A stretch of 64,000 bases of DNA from an uncultured bacterium. GTDB lineage: Bacteria > Acidobacteriota > HRBIN11 > JAKEFK01. Below, piece by piece: positions 42,190 through 50,922 of this stretch (positions are counted from its first letter, which is position 1; each line of letters starts with the position of its first letter). Made by a program: the position numbers and the translations under genes. The notes under the pieces are model-generated. The model ran no database searches. It saw only the letters and a program-made list of their open reading frames with translations, and had not been told where the DNA came from. The stretch spans positions 320,001-384,000 of the forward strand of contig CAVZQN010000003.1 in NCBI GenBank assembly GCA_963777505.1, read 5' to 3'.

Positions 42190-42275
42190 ACGCCGAGGCG
42201 CTTGGAATTTCTAGAATTCCTGGCGTACTCGGCGTTTAGAATTTTAACCGCAAAGACTCTGAGCCTCTGCGGTAA
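42190..42275. repeat. Two hairpin/REP-like elements between convergent genes
   Basis: aacgccgag...ctcggcgtt and accgcaaagactctgagcctctgcggt. Confidence 0.65.
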
Positions 42276-42282
42276 GAAAACT

Positions 42283-43023
42283 CTACCGTAAGCCGAATTT
42301 TGGGTTCAGTTCGACACGATCGGTACCATTTCCATAATAAATACCCCAGCGGATATCGCCATTGATGTGTCGAATTTTTACAGGCGCATAGTGACGTCGT
42401 TGTGGAAGATTCAATTCTTTTTCAATTCTATTAATGAAAGAAACAGTATCACCTTTCACAAGACTATTTTTTTCAATTGCCTTTTTGTTCGGATCTTTCA
42501 ATTCGAGATGACGATGTGCGAGTTCATGCAAAAATATCATCCCAATATCGAACGCCTCTCGTGGAAGATCGCGGAATACAATTTCTCCGAGATCACTAAA
42601 ATCAAGTTCGATGTAATCGGTTGAAGTCACACGTCCTAAATCAGCATTCCGGTTTTCTCGCACCTTATAAACACTCGAGTTCCGCAAGGCACTCAGTAGT
42701 AATTCTTTTCCAGTTGACGAGCATCGCCGATCTGCAGGAATAGCTCTTTCAAGTCTGTAAACTGATGCCAGACTTGCATACAACGATCTTGGAGGTTCAT
42801 ACAATCTCAGATAATGATTCTTGACCTCTAGAGAAAGACAAGTAATCCTTTCAAGAGATTGAATTAATTCTGAGGATCTTGACTGCGTGCTGGCAACAGC
42901 CACGACACCGGTATTATTTGCTTCTGTGGTTTCGAAATAAATGAAGCCTTCTAAGGTATCATTTATGAAGAGGAATGAGATTGCGACTAAAGCAATAAGG
43001 CCTGAACTTACTTTTAGGTTCAT
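42283..43023 (-). CDS. Hypothetical exported protein with an HExxH zincin-like motif
   Basis: Hydrophobic N-terminus; IFLHELAHRHLELKD; SD ggagag upstream. Confidence 0.65.
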   Translation of the reverse strand: MNLKVSSGLIALVAISFLFINDTLEGFIYFETTEANNTGVVAVASTQSRSSELIQSLERITCLSLEVKNHYLRLYEPPRSLYASLASVYRLERAIPADRRCSSTGKELLLSALRNSSVYKVRENRNADLGRVTSTDYIELDFSDLGEIVFRDLPREAFDIGMIFLHELAHRHLELKDPNKKAIEKNSLVKGDTVSFINRIEKELNLPQRRHYAPVKIRHINGDIRWGIYYGNGTDRVELNPKFGLR

Positions 43024-43170
43024 AGCAAAACTCTCCTGAATGTTGCATGGTTTGCTATTACGTGCCGTTTGATTTACTCAAATCAACACGCGGTGAACCG
43101 TAAAAGAGAGCTGCTATAATTAGAGTTTGTCTTTCGTAAAAAAGTTTACATATTAAATAAACGAGGTAAC

Positions 43171-43653
43171 ATGGCAAATCGTTCCGCAGTTATTGAAACC
43201 AACAAAGGAAATATCAAATTCGAACTTCTGGAGCAGGATGCTCCCAAGACGACTGAGAATTTTATTCGTCTTGCAGAAAAGGGTTACTACAATGGGATCA
43301 TTTTCCATCGGGTCATCAAGGGGTTTATGATTCAGGGTGGTGATCCAACGGGTACCGGCCGCGGCGGCGAATCCGCATGGGGTGGACGATTTGACGATGA
43401 AATCAATTCAAAGTCAGATGTCTATGTCCGGGGATACAAAGCAGGAACTGTCGCGATGGCGAACGCTGGTCCGAATACGAACGGTTCGCAGTTTTTCATC
43501 ATGCATAACGACTATCCCTTGCCTCCCAGTTACACAATCTTCGGCCGCGTTACCGAAGGTCAACAAGTAGTTGATGAAATCGCGAATACACCTATAGGGC
43601 CAAATGATCGGCCACAAGCTCCTATAACAATGGCCCGTGTAACGATAGAGTAA
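43171..43653 (+). CDS. Cyclophilin-type peptidyl-prolyl isomerase
   Basis: FHRVIKGFMIQGGDP and MANAGPNTNGSQFFI motifs. Confidence 0.96.
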   Translation: MANRSAVIETNKGNIKFELLEQDAPKTTENFIRLAEKGYYNGIIFHRVIKGFMIQGGDPTGTGRGGESAWGGRFDDEINSKSDVYVRGYKAGTVAMANAGPNTNGSQFFIMHNDYPLPPSYTIFGRVTEGQQVVDEIANTPIGPNDRPQAPITMARVTIE

Positions 43654-43682
43654 TTTTTACCGCAAAGACTCAAAGCCTTTCT

Positions 43683-43714
43683 TGTAAACGCGTTCCGTCC
43701 TGAGACTCGTCTAA
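43683..43714 (+). promoter_or_regulatory. Candidate ECF promoter for the DUF5916-type gene
   Basis: TGTAAAC-N18-CGTCTAA, with the same -35 heptamer as upstream of the ECF gene. Confidence 0.5.
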
Positions 43715-43800
43715 TCTGCAGGTAGGGGATAAACCTTTTCGTGACAAAAGGCGGTCTACTGGGACGATCCCGCATATTTGGGATGCCATAAGGAAGAGAC

Positions 43801-46449
43801 ATGAAACGCGTACCGTTCACATTTATGATCCTGGTCTTTGGATTTACAGGAGCACTTTTTTCTGAAGAATCACCATCAACTGAACTGCAGGTACTGGCAG
43901 TGCGCTCAATTCAAAAAATAGAGCTTGATGGAAAACTGAATGAACCATCCTGGAAAGATGTATATGCCATCTCACGGTTTGTTCAAAGGGATCCAAAAGA
44001 AGGATCAGAAGCGTCTGAAAAAACATTAGTAGATGTTCAGTATGATGATGATGCCATTTATATCGGCGCCCGGATGTACGATTCCGATCCAGCCAAAATT
44101 GAAGCACGATTAGGTCGCAAAGATGGAGTGCTTTCTTCTGATTCATTCTATGTTTACATCGATCCGTTCCACGACAAGAGAACAGGCTATTACTTCGGCA
44201 TTAATGCAGCAGGGACTCACTACGATGGCACATTGATGAATGATAGCTGGAACGACAGTTCATGGGATGGAGTTTGGGAAGGCAAAGCATCAATCGATGA
44301 AAAAGGCTGGACTGCCGAAATACGGGTTCCTTATTCACAATTGAGATTCAAAAAAAATAACCAGTACGTTTGGGGAATTAATTTTAAGCGCGAAATTTCA
44401 CGAAAAAATGAAATTGATTATCTTGTCTATACTCCAAAAAACGGCAGCGGTTTTGTTTCAAGATTCCCAGATCTTGTTGGCATTGAAAAAATTGAACCAA
44501 AACAAAGCATTGAAGTCATTCCCTATGTCACTTCTCGCGGCGATTTTTTAGATTATGAGCAAGGAGATCCATTCAATGATGGAACAGGTTATGACATGGG
44601 AGTCGGAGGCGATGCACGAATTAGTCTCGGCACAAACTTAACGCTGAACGCAACCGTGAATCCCGATTTCGGACAAGTTGAAGTCGATCCCGCAGTAGTC
44701 AATTTAAGTGACGTTGAAACGTTTTATCCCGAAAAACGTCCATTTTTCGTTGAAGGTTCCAACAATTTTGCTTTTGGGGAGGGCGGGGCTACGAATTATT
44801 GGGGATTTAACTGGATGGGTCCAGATATTTTTTATAGCCGCCGTATCGGACGCGCTCCTCAAGGAACGGTCGATGAATACGATTATCAGGAGTTTCCGGA
44901 TGGCACTCAAATTTTGGGCGCGGCGAAACTGACCGGCCAGGTTGTTAATGGATGGAACCTCGGAACTCTACACGCTCTAACTGGAAGCGAAACGGCACAG
45001 CTGGCTAGCTCTGACACGATCTTTGAACAAGAAGTAGAACCATTGAGTTACTACTCTGTTTCACGCATGCAAAAAGAATTCAATGGCGGCCGTCAGGGAA
45101 TGGGATTTATCAACACAATTACAAGCCGTAGTTTCAAAGATCAAGTATTAGAGGACCAAATCGCAACCAATGCAGTGGTTCTTGGATTGGATGGCTGGAC
45201 ATTTCTGGATGAGGAAAAGAAATGGGTTGTTACTGGATTTACGGCAGCATCTCGTGTAGGTGGAAACGAATCAGCAATGACAGCTCTTCAAGAGAGCTCA
45301 CGTCATTACTTTCAACGGCCGGATCAAAATTATCTGAGCGTAGATGAAGATGCAACATCGATTAATGGTGGAATCGGCCGCGTTTGGTTAAATAAAGAAA
45401 AGGGCAATTTCATTTTTAATTCTGCAGTCGGTTTTATTTCTCCCGGCTTCGATGTCAACGATCTCGGATTCATGTTTCGCGCAGATCAAATCAATGGCCA
45501 TGTTGGTGGCGGCTATAAATGGACCACACCTGGAAAGTACTTCCGATACGCTGAGGTGATCGGTTCCGTTTTCAGAAGCTATGATTTCGATTTGAACGAT
45601 ACCTGGAATGGTTTATGGAATCTTGTTTATCTGGAATTCCCGAATTATTACACATTGGAAACAACATTTGCTGTAAATCCTGAAGAGACAATCAACAATT
45701 CTCGCACGCGGGGCGGGCCATCAAGTCTTAACCTTCCAGGTTTCGAAGTCGGAATGATATTGAAATCCGATCTTCGTAAGAAATGGGTCTTTGGCGGAAC
45801 ATTCAATTCTTATGAGGCAGATACCGAACGGTACCGCGCGATTGGCGGAAGCGTTGAATGGAAGCCGGTAGCAAATGTCTTAATCAGTGCCGCACCAAGG
45901 TATGAATATGCCCTGAATCCAGCCCAATATATCGATACATTTGAAGATTCATCTGCATCTTTTACCTATGGGAGCAGATATGTTTTCGGCGAATTAGATC
46001 AAAAGACATTTTCAGCCGGTTTGCGGCTGAATTGGACGTTTTCGCCAACGCTGAGCCTGCAACTTTATGGGCAGCCTCTTGTTTCAGCCGGAAAATATAC
46101 CGATTTTAAAGAACTCGCCATCCCACGAAGTTTTACATTCAATCACTATTCCGAAACCGGACACATTCAATTCGATGGCGAAAAGTATCTTATTGATCCG
46201 GATGGACCTGGACCAGGATTACCGGTCGAATTCGATAATCCTGACTTTAATTTCAAGTCTCTGAGAGGAAATGCAGTTTTACGATGGGAATATCGTCCTG
46301 GTTCGACACTTTACTTCGTTTGGACTCAAACCCGTGAGGAAGATGTCCCGGTTGGAGATTTTCAATTCTCACGCTCTGTAGGAAAGATTTGGAATATCCC
46401 TGCAGATAATATTTTTATGGTGAAATTTACATATTACTGGAATTTTTAG
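43801..46449 (+). CDS. CBM9-like/DUF5916 outer-membrane protein
   Basis: IELDGKLNEPSW, NPDFGQVEVD, EKRPFF and FYSRRIG motifs; aromatic C-terminus YYWNF. Confidence 0.85.
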   Translation: MKRVPFTFMILVFGFTGALFSEESPSTELQVLAVRSIQKIELDGKLNEPSWKDVYAISRFVQRDPKEGSEASEKTLVDVQYDDDAIYIGARMYDSDPAKIEARLGRKDGVLSSDSFYVYIDPFHDKRTGYYFGINAAGTHYDGTLMNDSWNDSSWDGVWEGKASIDEKGWTAEIRVPYSQLRFKKNNQYVWGINFKREISRKNEIDYLVYTPKNGSGFVSRFPDLVGIEKIEPKQSIEVIPYVTSRGDFLDYEQGDPFNDGTGYDMGVGGDARISLGTNLTLNATVNPDFGQVEVDPAVVNLSDVETFYPEKRPFFVEGSNNFAFGEGGATNYWGFNWMGPDIFYSRRIGRAPQGTVDEYDYQEFPDGTQILGAAKLTGQVVNGWNLGTLHALTGSETAQLASSDTIFEQEVEPLSYYSVSRMQKEFNGGRQGMGFINTITSRSFKDQVLEDQIATNAVVLGLDGWTFLDEEKKWVVTGFTAASRVGGNESAMTALQESSRHYFQRPDQNYLSVDEDATSINGGIGRVWLNKEKGNFIFNSAVGFISPGFDVNDLGFMFRADQINGHVGGGYKWTTPGKYFRYAEVIGSVFRSYDFDLNDTWNGLWNLVYLEFPNYYTLETTFAVNPEETINNSRTRGGPSSLNLPGFEVGMILKSDLRKKWVFGGTFNSYEADTERYRAIGGSVEWKPVANVLISAAPRYEYALNPAQYIDTFEDSSASFTYGSRYVFGELDQKTFSAGLRLNWTFSPTLSLQLYGQPLVSAGKYTDFKELAIPRSFTFNHYSETGHIQFDGEKYLIDPDGPGPGLPVEFDNPDFNFKSLRGNAVLRWEYRPGSTLYFVWTQTREEDVPVGDFQFSRSVGKIWNIPADNIFMVKFTYYWNF

Positions 46450-46486
46450 TGGGATCAGGAGTCTAACTAATTGGAGACAAGTGTTA

Positions 46487-46514
46487 GGAACTTTTGTCCC
46501 GTCTTTTGCGTATT
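46487..46514 (+). promoter_or_regulatory. Candidate ECF-type promoter
   Basis: GGAAC-N17-CGTATT upstream of the LytTR regulator. Confidence 0.4.
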
Positions 46515-46577
46515 TAGTTTGTTCACCCAAAAACTAAATCTCTTAACTTCGTTAAGGTTAACCTCAACGGGGAGGGA

Positions 46578-47375
46578 ATGTTGATGGTTCCGTTGAGTGT
46601 GTTGAGTGGTGATACGGGATTGCTGGACAAGGATAGCCGGGAACGCATCAGGGTATTAATCATTGATGCTGAACGCGTCGAACGTGAACGTGTTGGCGAA
46701 ATGCTTAAAGAAGACCCGGGTGTAGAAGTTATTGGTGAATATGACAACGGTATCGAAGCTCTAGCTGCAATCCGAAATCTTCATCCTGATCTGATCATTC
46801 TGGATATCCATATTCCAGGAATTGACGGATTTTCACTTCTTGAATCTATTCCAAGGGATCGTCTTCCCGCTGTCATTTTTGTCACCGCTTTCGACCGGTA
46901 TGCCCTTCGAGCATTTGAAGTTTCTGCTCTTGATTATCTTTTGAAACCGTTTGGTATCGATCGATTCCGTAAAGCAATGCGTCGAGCAAAAGTTCAAATG
47001 AAAAGGGGAAAAGTTGAAGAAGAAAAGAGAGAAATTGACCGAATTGCAATCAGAACAGGTAAGAAGGTCTTTTTTCTAAAGTCGGAAGAAATTGATTGGA
47101 TTGAAGCTGAAGGGAATAGCGTCAGGTTACATAGTGGACAACAATCTCACGTGATTCGCACTTCTATCAGTTTGTTGGAATCGGAACTAGATTCCGAAAA
47201 ATTCGTAAGAATACATAGATCAACAATTGTAAATGTGGATCGAGTTCGATGGCTTGAACCATCAGCTCATGGAAACTACCGCGTAATCCTGCACGATGGT
47301 ACTCAGTTGGTTCTAAGCAGGAAGGACAAGCTTTCTCAAGTAACGGGCAATTCGCTTCGGGATCATGCAAGATGA
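46578..47375 (+). CDS. LytTR-family response regulator
   Basis: Receiver domain (LDIHIPG, FVTAFD, DYLLKPF) plus LytTR domain FVRIHRSTIVN. Confidence 0.92.
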   Translation: MLMVPLSVLSGDTGLLDKDSRERIRVLIIDAERVERERVGEMLKEDPGVEVIGEYDNGIEALAAIRNLHPDLIILDIHIPGIDGFSLLESIPRDRLPAVIFVTAFDRYALRAFEVSALDYLLKPFGIDRFRKAMRRAKVQMKRGKVEEEKREIDRIAIRTGKKVFFLKSEEIDWIEAEGNSVRLHSGQQSHVIRTSISLLESELDSEKFVRIHRSTIVNVDRVRWLEPSAHGNYRVILHDGTQLVLSRKDKLSQVTGNSLRDHAR

Positions 47376-47444
47376 AAAGGATTGAATTGCATCTTCCATG
47401 ATCCGGGAGCCTCATGGCTCTTTCTTAGAAGAGAGAAATTTTAG

Positions 47445-47474
47445 CGGCGGTCCGAATGGGCCGCCGTTTTTTTT
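47445..47474 (+). terminator. Rho-independent terminator
   Basis: cggcggtcc-gaat-gggccgccg followed by T8. Confidence 0.85.
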
Positions 47475-47494
47475 ACCGCAGAGACTTTGAGTCT

Positions 47495-48532
47495 TTAGGC
47501 GGGTTCAGCTTCAACGATACTATATGGTGATTTTGTCGGAACTATTCTTGTTAGACTGAAACCGGATGTTGCAAGCAAGTTGCTGTACTCACTTGCGGTG
47601 CGTTCTTTTCCGCCCTCCATGACAAGCATCAGAAGGTCAAGTGCTTTAGCCGGACTAGGCTGGTTGTCTTCAGGAACGACCATTTCAATAATTAAGACTT
47701 TACCCTTTCCACTGATAGCAGCACGGATATTCTGAAGGATTTTGATGCTTTGTTCGTCGTCCCAGTCATGGATTATGTGTTTCATCATATAGGCATCCGC
47801 ACCTGCCGGAATTGTTTTGAAAAAGTCACCTGATGCGAGTTCAACGCGCTTGCTAACACCTTCCTTGTTGAGCAATTCCTTAGCTGCGTCAATGACATGA
47901 GGCAAATCAAATAAGATTCCATTCATGTGGGGATTCATTTTCAAGATTCTGGCTAGGAGGAGTCCATGACCGCCAGCTATATCAACGAGTTTATGAACGT
48001 CAGAAAAATTGTAGGCTTCGACAATGGCAGGCATTACATTTTGCGATATATTTGTCATCGCGCGATAAAAAATCTGTCCGGCTTCCGCGTTTTGTTTGAA
48101 ATACTCAAAAGAACTCATGCCCTGAACTTTATCGTGTGCAATGCCGCCAGTTCTCACGCTATACATCAGCTCGCCCCAGGCACTCCAAAGCCAATGTTCG
48201 TCTATCATAATCGCAAAGTCGCGCATTGAATTAGGTACATCACTTCGCAACAATGTAGCAACCGGTGTCAATTCAAACTTCTGTTTGGAGGTTTCCGAAA
48301 AGATGCCGACGCTTGCCAAAGTACGAAGGAGGCGGTACAAAGACGGTTCGTGTGCTTCTGTTGTGGCTGCGAGTTCCGCGATGGTTTGAGGGCCTTCGGC
48401 GAGTAAATCGGCAATCCTGAGTTTTGCAGCAACACAAATGCTTTTCTGCATTAACGCTCCAAAGAGCAGTTGCATCAAGATCGCGTCAGGCGGTGGCGCA
48501 TTTACATCACTATTTTGATTCTGATCAATCAT
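47495..48532 (-). CDS. O-methyltransferase (dimerisation plus Methyltransf_2 domains)
   Basis: VDIAGGHG, FDLP, GDFF, KHIIHDWDD and GGKERT motifs. Confidence 0.92.
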   Translation of the reverse strand: MIDQNQNSDVNAPPPDAILMQLLFGALMQKSICVAAKLRIADLLAEGPQTIAELAATTEAHEPSLYRLLRTLASVGIFSETSKQKFELTPVATLLRSDVPNSMRDFAIMIDEHWLWSAWGELMYSVRTGGIAHDKVQGMSSFEYFKQNAEAGQIFYRAMTNISQNVMPAIVEAYNFSDVHKLVDIAGGHGLLLARILKMNPHMNGILFDLPHVIDAAKELLNKEGVSKRVELASGDFFKTIPAGADAYMMKHIIHDWDDEQSIKILQNIRAAISGKGKVLIIEMVVPEDNQPSPAKALDLLMLVMEGGKERTASEYSNLLATSGFSLTRIVPTKSPYSIVEAEPA

Positions 48533-48580
48533 GTCTTACCCCCACATTTGAATATTATTTTACCGCAGAGACTTTGAGTC

Positions 48581-50656
48581 TTAGCGGTTGAGTTTTTGAC
48601 GGGCGGATTCGATTCGTGCTGCATGAATATTCGGATCGGCATAAGTAATGAAATTTTGATATGCCTGTTTAGATTCATCAGTTCTTCCCATGCGTTCCAA
48701 AATAATTCCAAGATTGTAATAAGCTTCAGCAAAATTAGGATTTTTTTCCAGCGCTTTTCGCAGTAATTCTTCCGCTCCACTCAAATCACCTTGTTGGCCT
48801 TTTAATATTGCCAGCGAGTAATATGGGTGTGCCAGGGATGGATTAAACTGAATTGCACGTTCAAATTGTTCGGATGCGCCTACAAGGTTCCCCAAATTCC
48901 GGTATGTATTTCCCAGTTCGTACGCTGCAGCCGCATTTCTAGGGTCCAGTTCCAAACTCTTTTGTAAATATGGAATCGCTTCTTGTGGCCTTCCGGATAC
49001 TGTTAAGGTTTCACCCAAATTTACAAGTGCTTCTTGCATTTCCGGATCAATTTGTAACGCAAGTTTTTCTTCCACTATCGATTTTTCAATATCACCGATT
49101 CGTTTAAAGCCAAGAGCTAACCTGTGATGGATTTTGTTATCTTCTGGTGTGAGCTGAAGCGCCTTCTGCCAATATTGAACCGCTTTTTCGGGATTTTCTT
49201 TAATTACAAATTGACCCAGCGTATCGAGTAAAACTGGATTACTGGCATCCATTTGCGAGGCTCGCTCCAAAAGTTCAATTGCCTCATTCTGTTTTCCTTC
49301 CATACTCAGAAACGTTGAACGTTCGTATAACTTCCACACCTCAATTTTACTTTTCGGATCAGGAAGATTCTCCAGGTTCTTTGGCTTAGTTGTGCCAGAC
49401 AAATATCCCAGGCTGCGAAGGTTTTCTTCAAGTGCTGGATCCATCTTTGTATCCTGGGCCGGCGGCTGGATCTTTTTGTACTTTTGCAATTTATCCGCAA
49501 TGCTTCGCACAGCTTGATTATTTATTTCTTGAATGTTGGTTTTTTCATGAGGATCTGCTTTGAGGTTGTACACTTCAGGCTGTGGAGCATCAATCACTTT
49601 CCATTCTGTTGTTCTTGCCGAATGCAAAGGACTCCAACCAATTCCAAGCGGATAATGCGTTTCAAGAATAGCGGGAACTTCACCCAGGGATTTTCCTGAA
49701 AGCATAGGCACTAATGATCTTCCATCAAGACCTTGAGGCTTTTCACTTCCAGCAAGTTCCAGGAGTGTTGGTGCAACATCAATCAATTGAACTTGCTGAA
49801 GTATTTCTTTGCCCGAGGTTATGCTTGGACCCGCCATTACAAATGGAATCTGAATTGTAGAATCATACAAAAAAAGGCCATGACCTAGTTCATCATGATC
49901 TCCCAATCCTTCCCCATGATCGGCAGTGATGAGAATGATTGTTCTATTTCGAACAGCGTCCAGCGATTTGATAATCTTGCCGATTTGTTCATCGACATAT
50001 GCAATTTCACCCAGATACTGATTCGAATAATTCGAACGGTATGGCTCAGGAGGGTTATATCTTGCATGAGGATCATAAAAATGAATGAACAGAAAAAAAG
50101 AGGATTGCTGATTGGAAGACAGCCAGTTTATTGCTTCCGAAGCTGTCGTATCAGCAAGGCGTTCATTTTGTGGATTGTTTGAATCCTGCGCGCCGTACTG
50201 AATGAAGTCGTCGTAAAATTCAAATCCGTTAGAAAGTCCAAACCTGTGATCCAGCACGATGCTGCTTACAAATCCGGCAGTCTTGTAGCCTTTCGACTGT
50301 AACAATGAAGGCAAGGTTGCAACAGTTGGATTTAAGCGGTAGCCATGGTTGTCGCGAATTCCATGTTTTGCTGGTAACAGTCCAGTCAGCAGTGATGCAT
50401 GTGATGGAAGAGTTAATGGTACGTGTGCTATGGCATTTTTGAAAACGATTCCGGATCGACCTAATGCATCAATGTTTGGAGTTCGAACTTGCTGATTGCC
50501 ATAAATTCCAATCGAGTCGGCTCGCGTCGTGTCGATTGAAATGAGTACAAAATTCAGTTTTGGATTTTCGGCAGCAGGCTGTGGCTTTTTCCAATAAAAC
50601 AAAACCGCAAAGACGGCAATCAGAATAAAAAGAATTAGCGCAATCTTATTTCGCAA
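48581..50656 (-). CDS. Sulfatase-like hydrolase/transferase with C-terminal TPR repeats
   Basis: ISIDTTRAD, PLTLPSHASLLTG, YDPH and ADHGE motifs; several TPRs; N-terminal anchor. Confidence 0.9.
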   Translation of the reverse strand: MRNKIALILFILIAVFAVLFYWKKPQPAAENPKLNFVLISIDTTRADSIGIYGNQQVRTPNIDALGRSGIVFKNAIAHVPLTLPSHASLLTGLLPAKHGIRDNHGYRLNPTVATLPSLLQSKGYKTAGFVSSIVLDHRFGLSNGFEFYDDFIQYGAQDSNNPQNERLADTTASEAINWLSSNQQSSFFLFIHFYDPHARYNPPEPYRSNYSNQYLGEIAYVDEQIGKIIKSLDAVRNRTIILITADHGEGLGDHDELGHGLFLYDSTIQIPFVMAGPSITSGKEILQQVQLIDVAPTLLELAGSEKPQGLDGRSLVPMLSGKSLGEVPAILETHYPLGIGWSPLHSARTTEWKVIDAPQPEVYNLKADPHEKTNIQEINNQAVRSIADKLQKYKKIQPPAQDTKMDPALEENLRSLGYLSGTTKPKNLENLPDPKSKIEVWKLYERSTFLSMEGKQNEAIELLERASQMDASNPVLLDTLGQFVIKENPEKAVQYWQKALQLTPEDNKIHHRLALGFKRIGDIEKSIVEEKLALQIDPEMQEALVNLGETLTVSGRPQEAIPYLQKSLELDPRNAAAAYELGNTYRNLGNLVGASEQFERAIQFNPSLAHPYYSLAILKGQQGDLSGAEELLRKALEKNPNFAEAYYNLGIILERMGRTDESKQAYQNFITYADPNIHAARIESARQKLNR

Positions 50657-50688
50657 ATCTAAAGCTTAAGTCAAAGATGCCATAGGTG

Positions 50689-50761
50689 GTAGGGGCGACC
50701 CTTGTGGTCGCCCGTGTGCTCGTGTACATATCTTAAGGGCGGCCACAAGGGCCGCCCCTAC
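50689..50761. repeat. GTAG-family REP doublet (inverted pair)
   Basis: GTAGGGGCGACCCTTGTGGTCGCCC ... GGGCGGCCACAAGGGCCGCCCCTAC. Confidence 0.85.
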
Positions 50762-50773
50762 GAGTGCGGTAAT

Positions 50774-50803
50774 AAAAAAAGGGCGATCTAGAAGATCGCC
50801 CTT
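50774..50803 (-). terminator. Rho-independent terminator downstream of the TonB receptor gene
   Basis: A7 followed by gggcgatct-aga-agatcgccc; a hairpin plus U-run on the minus strand. Confidence 0.8.
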
Positions 50804-50922
50804 AGTCTCTCTTTTACGTTGGAGCCATGAGGCTCCTGAGACATACAACCCTGTATGCCTCAGGTGCTTCGTGGTTTTAAGAAGCGGGAGCACCTGGCGC
50901 GATGCTCCCGCCCAAAAACAAC

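Noticed and set aside
43053-43067. Sigma-54-like CGGCACGTAATAGCA on the minus strand upstream of the HExxH gene
   Set aside because: GG-to-GC spacing is 9, not the required 10.
50666-50893. 75-aa ORF across the intergenic hairpins
   Set aside because: It is a translation of REP and terminator sequence.
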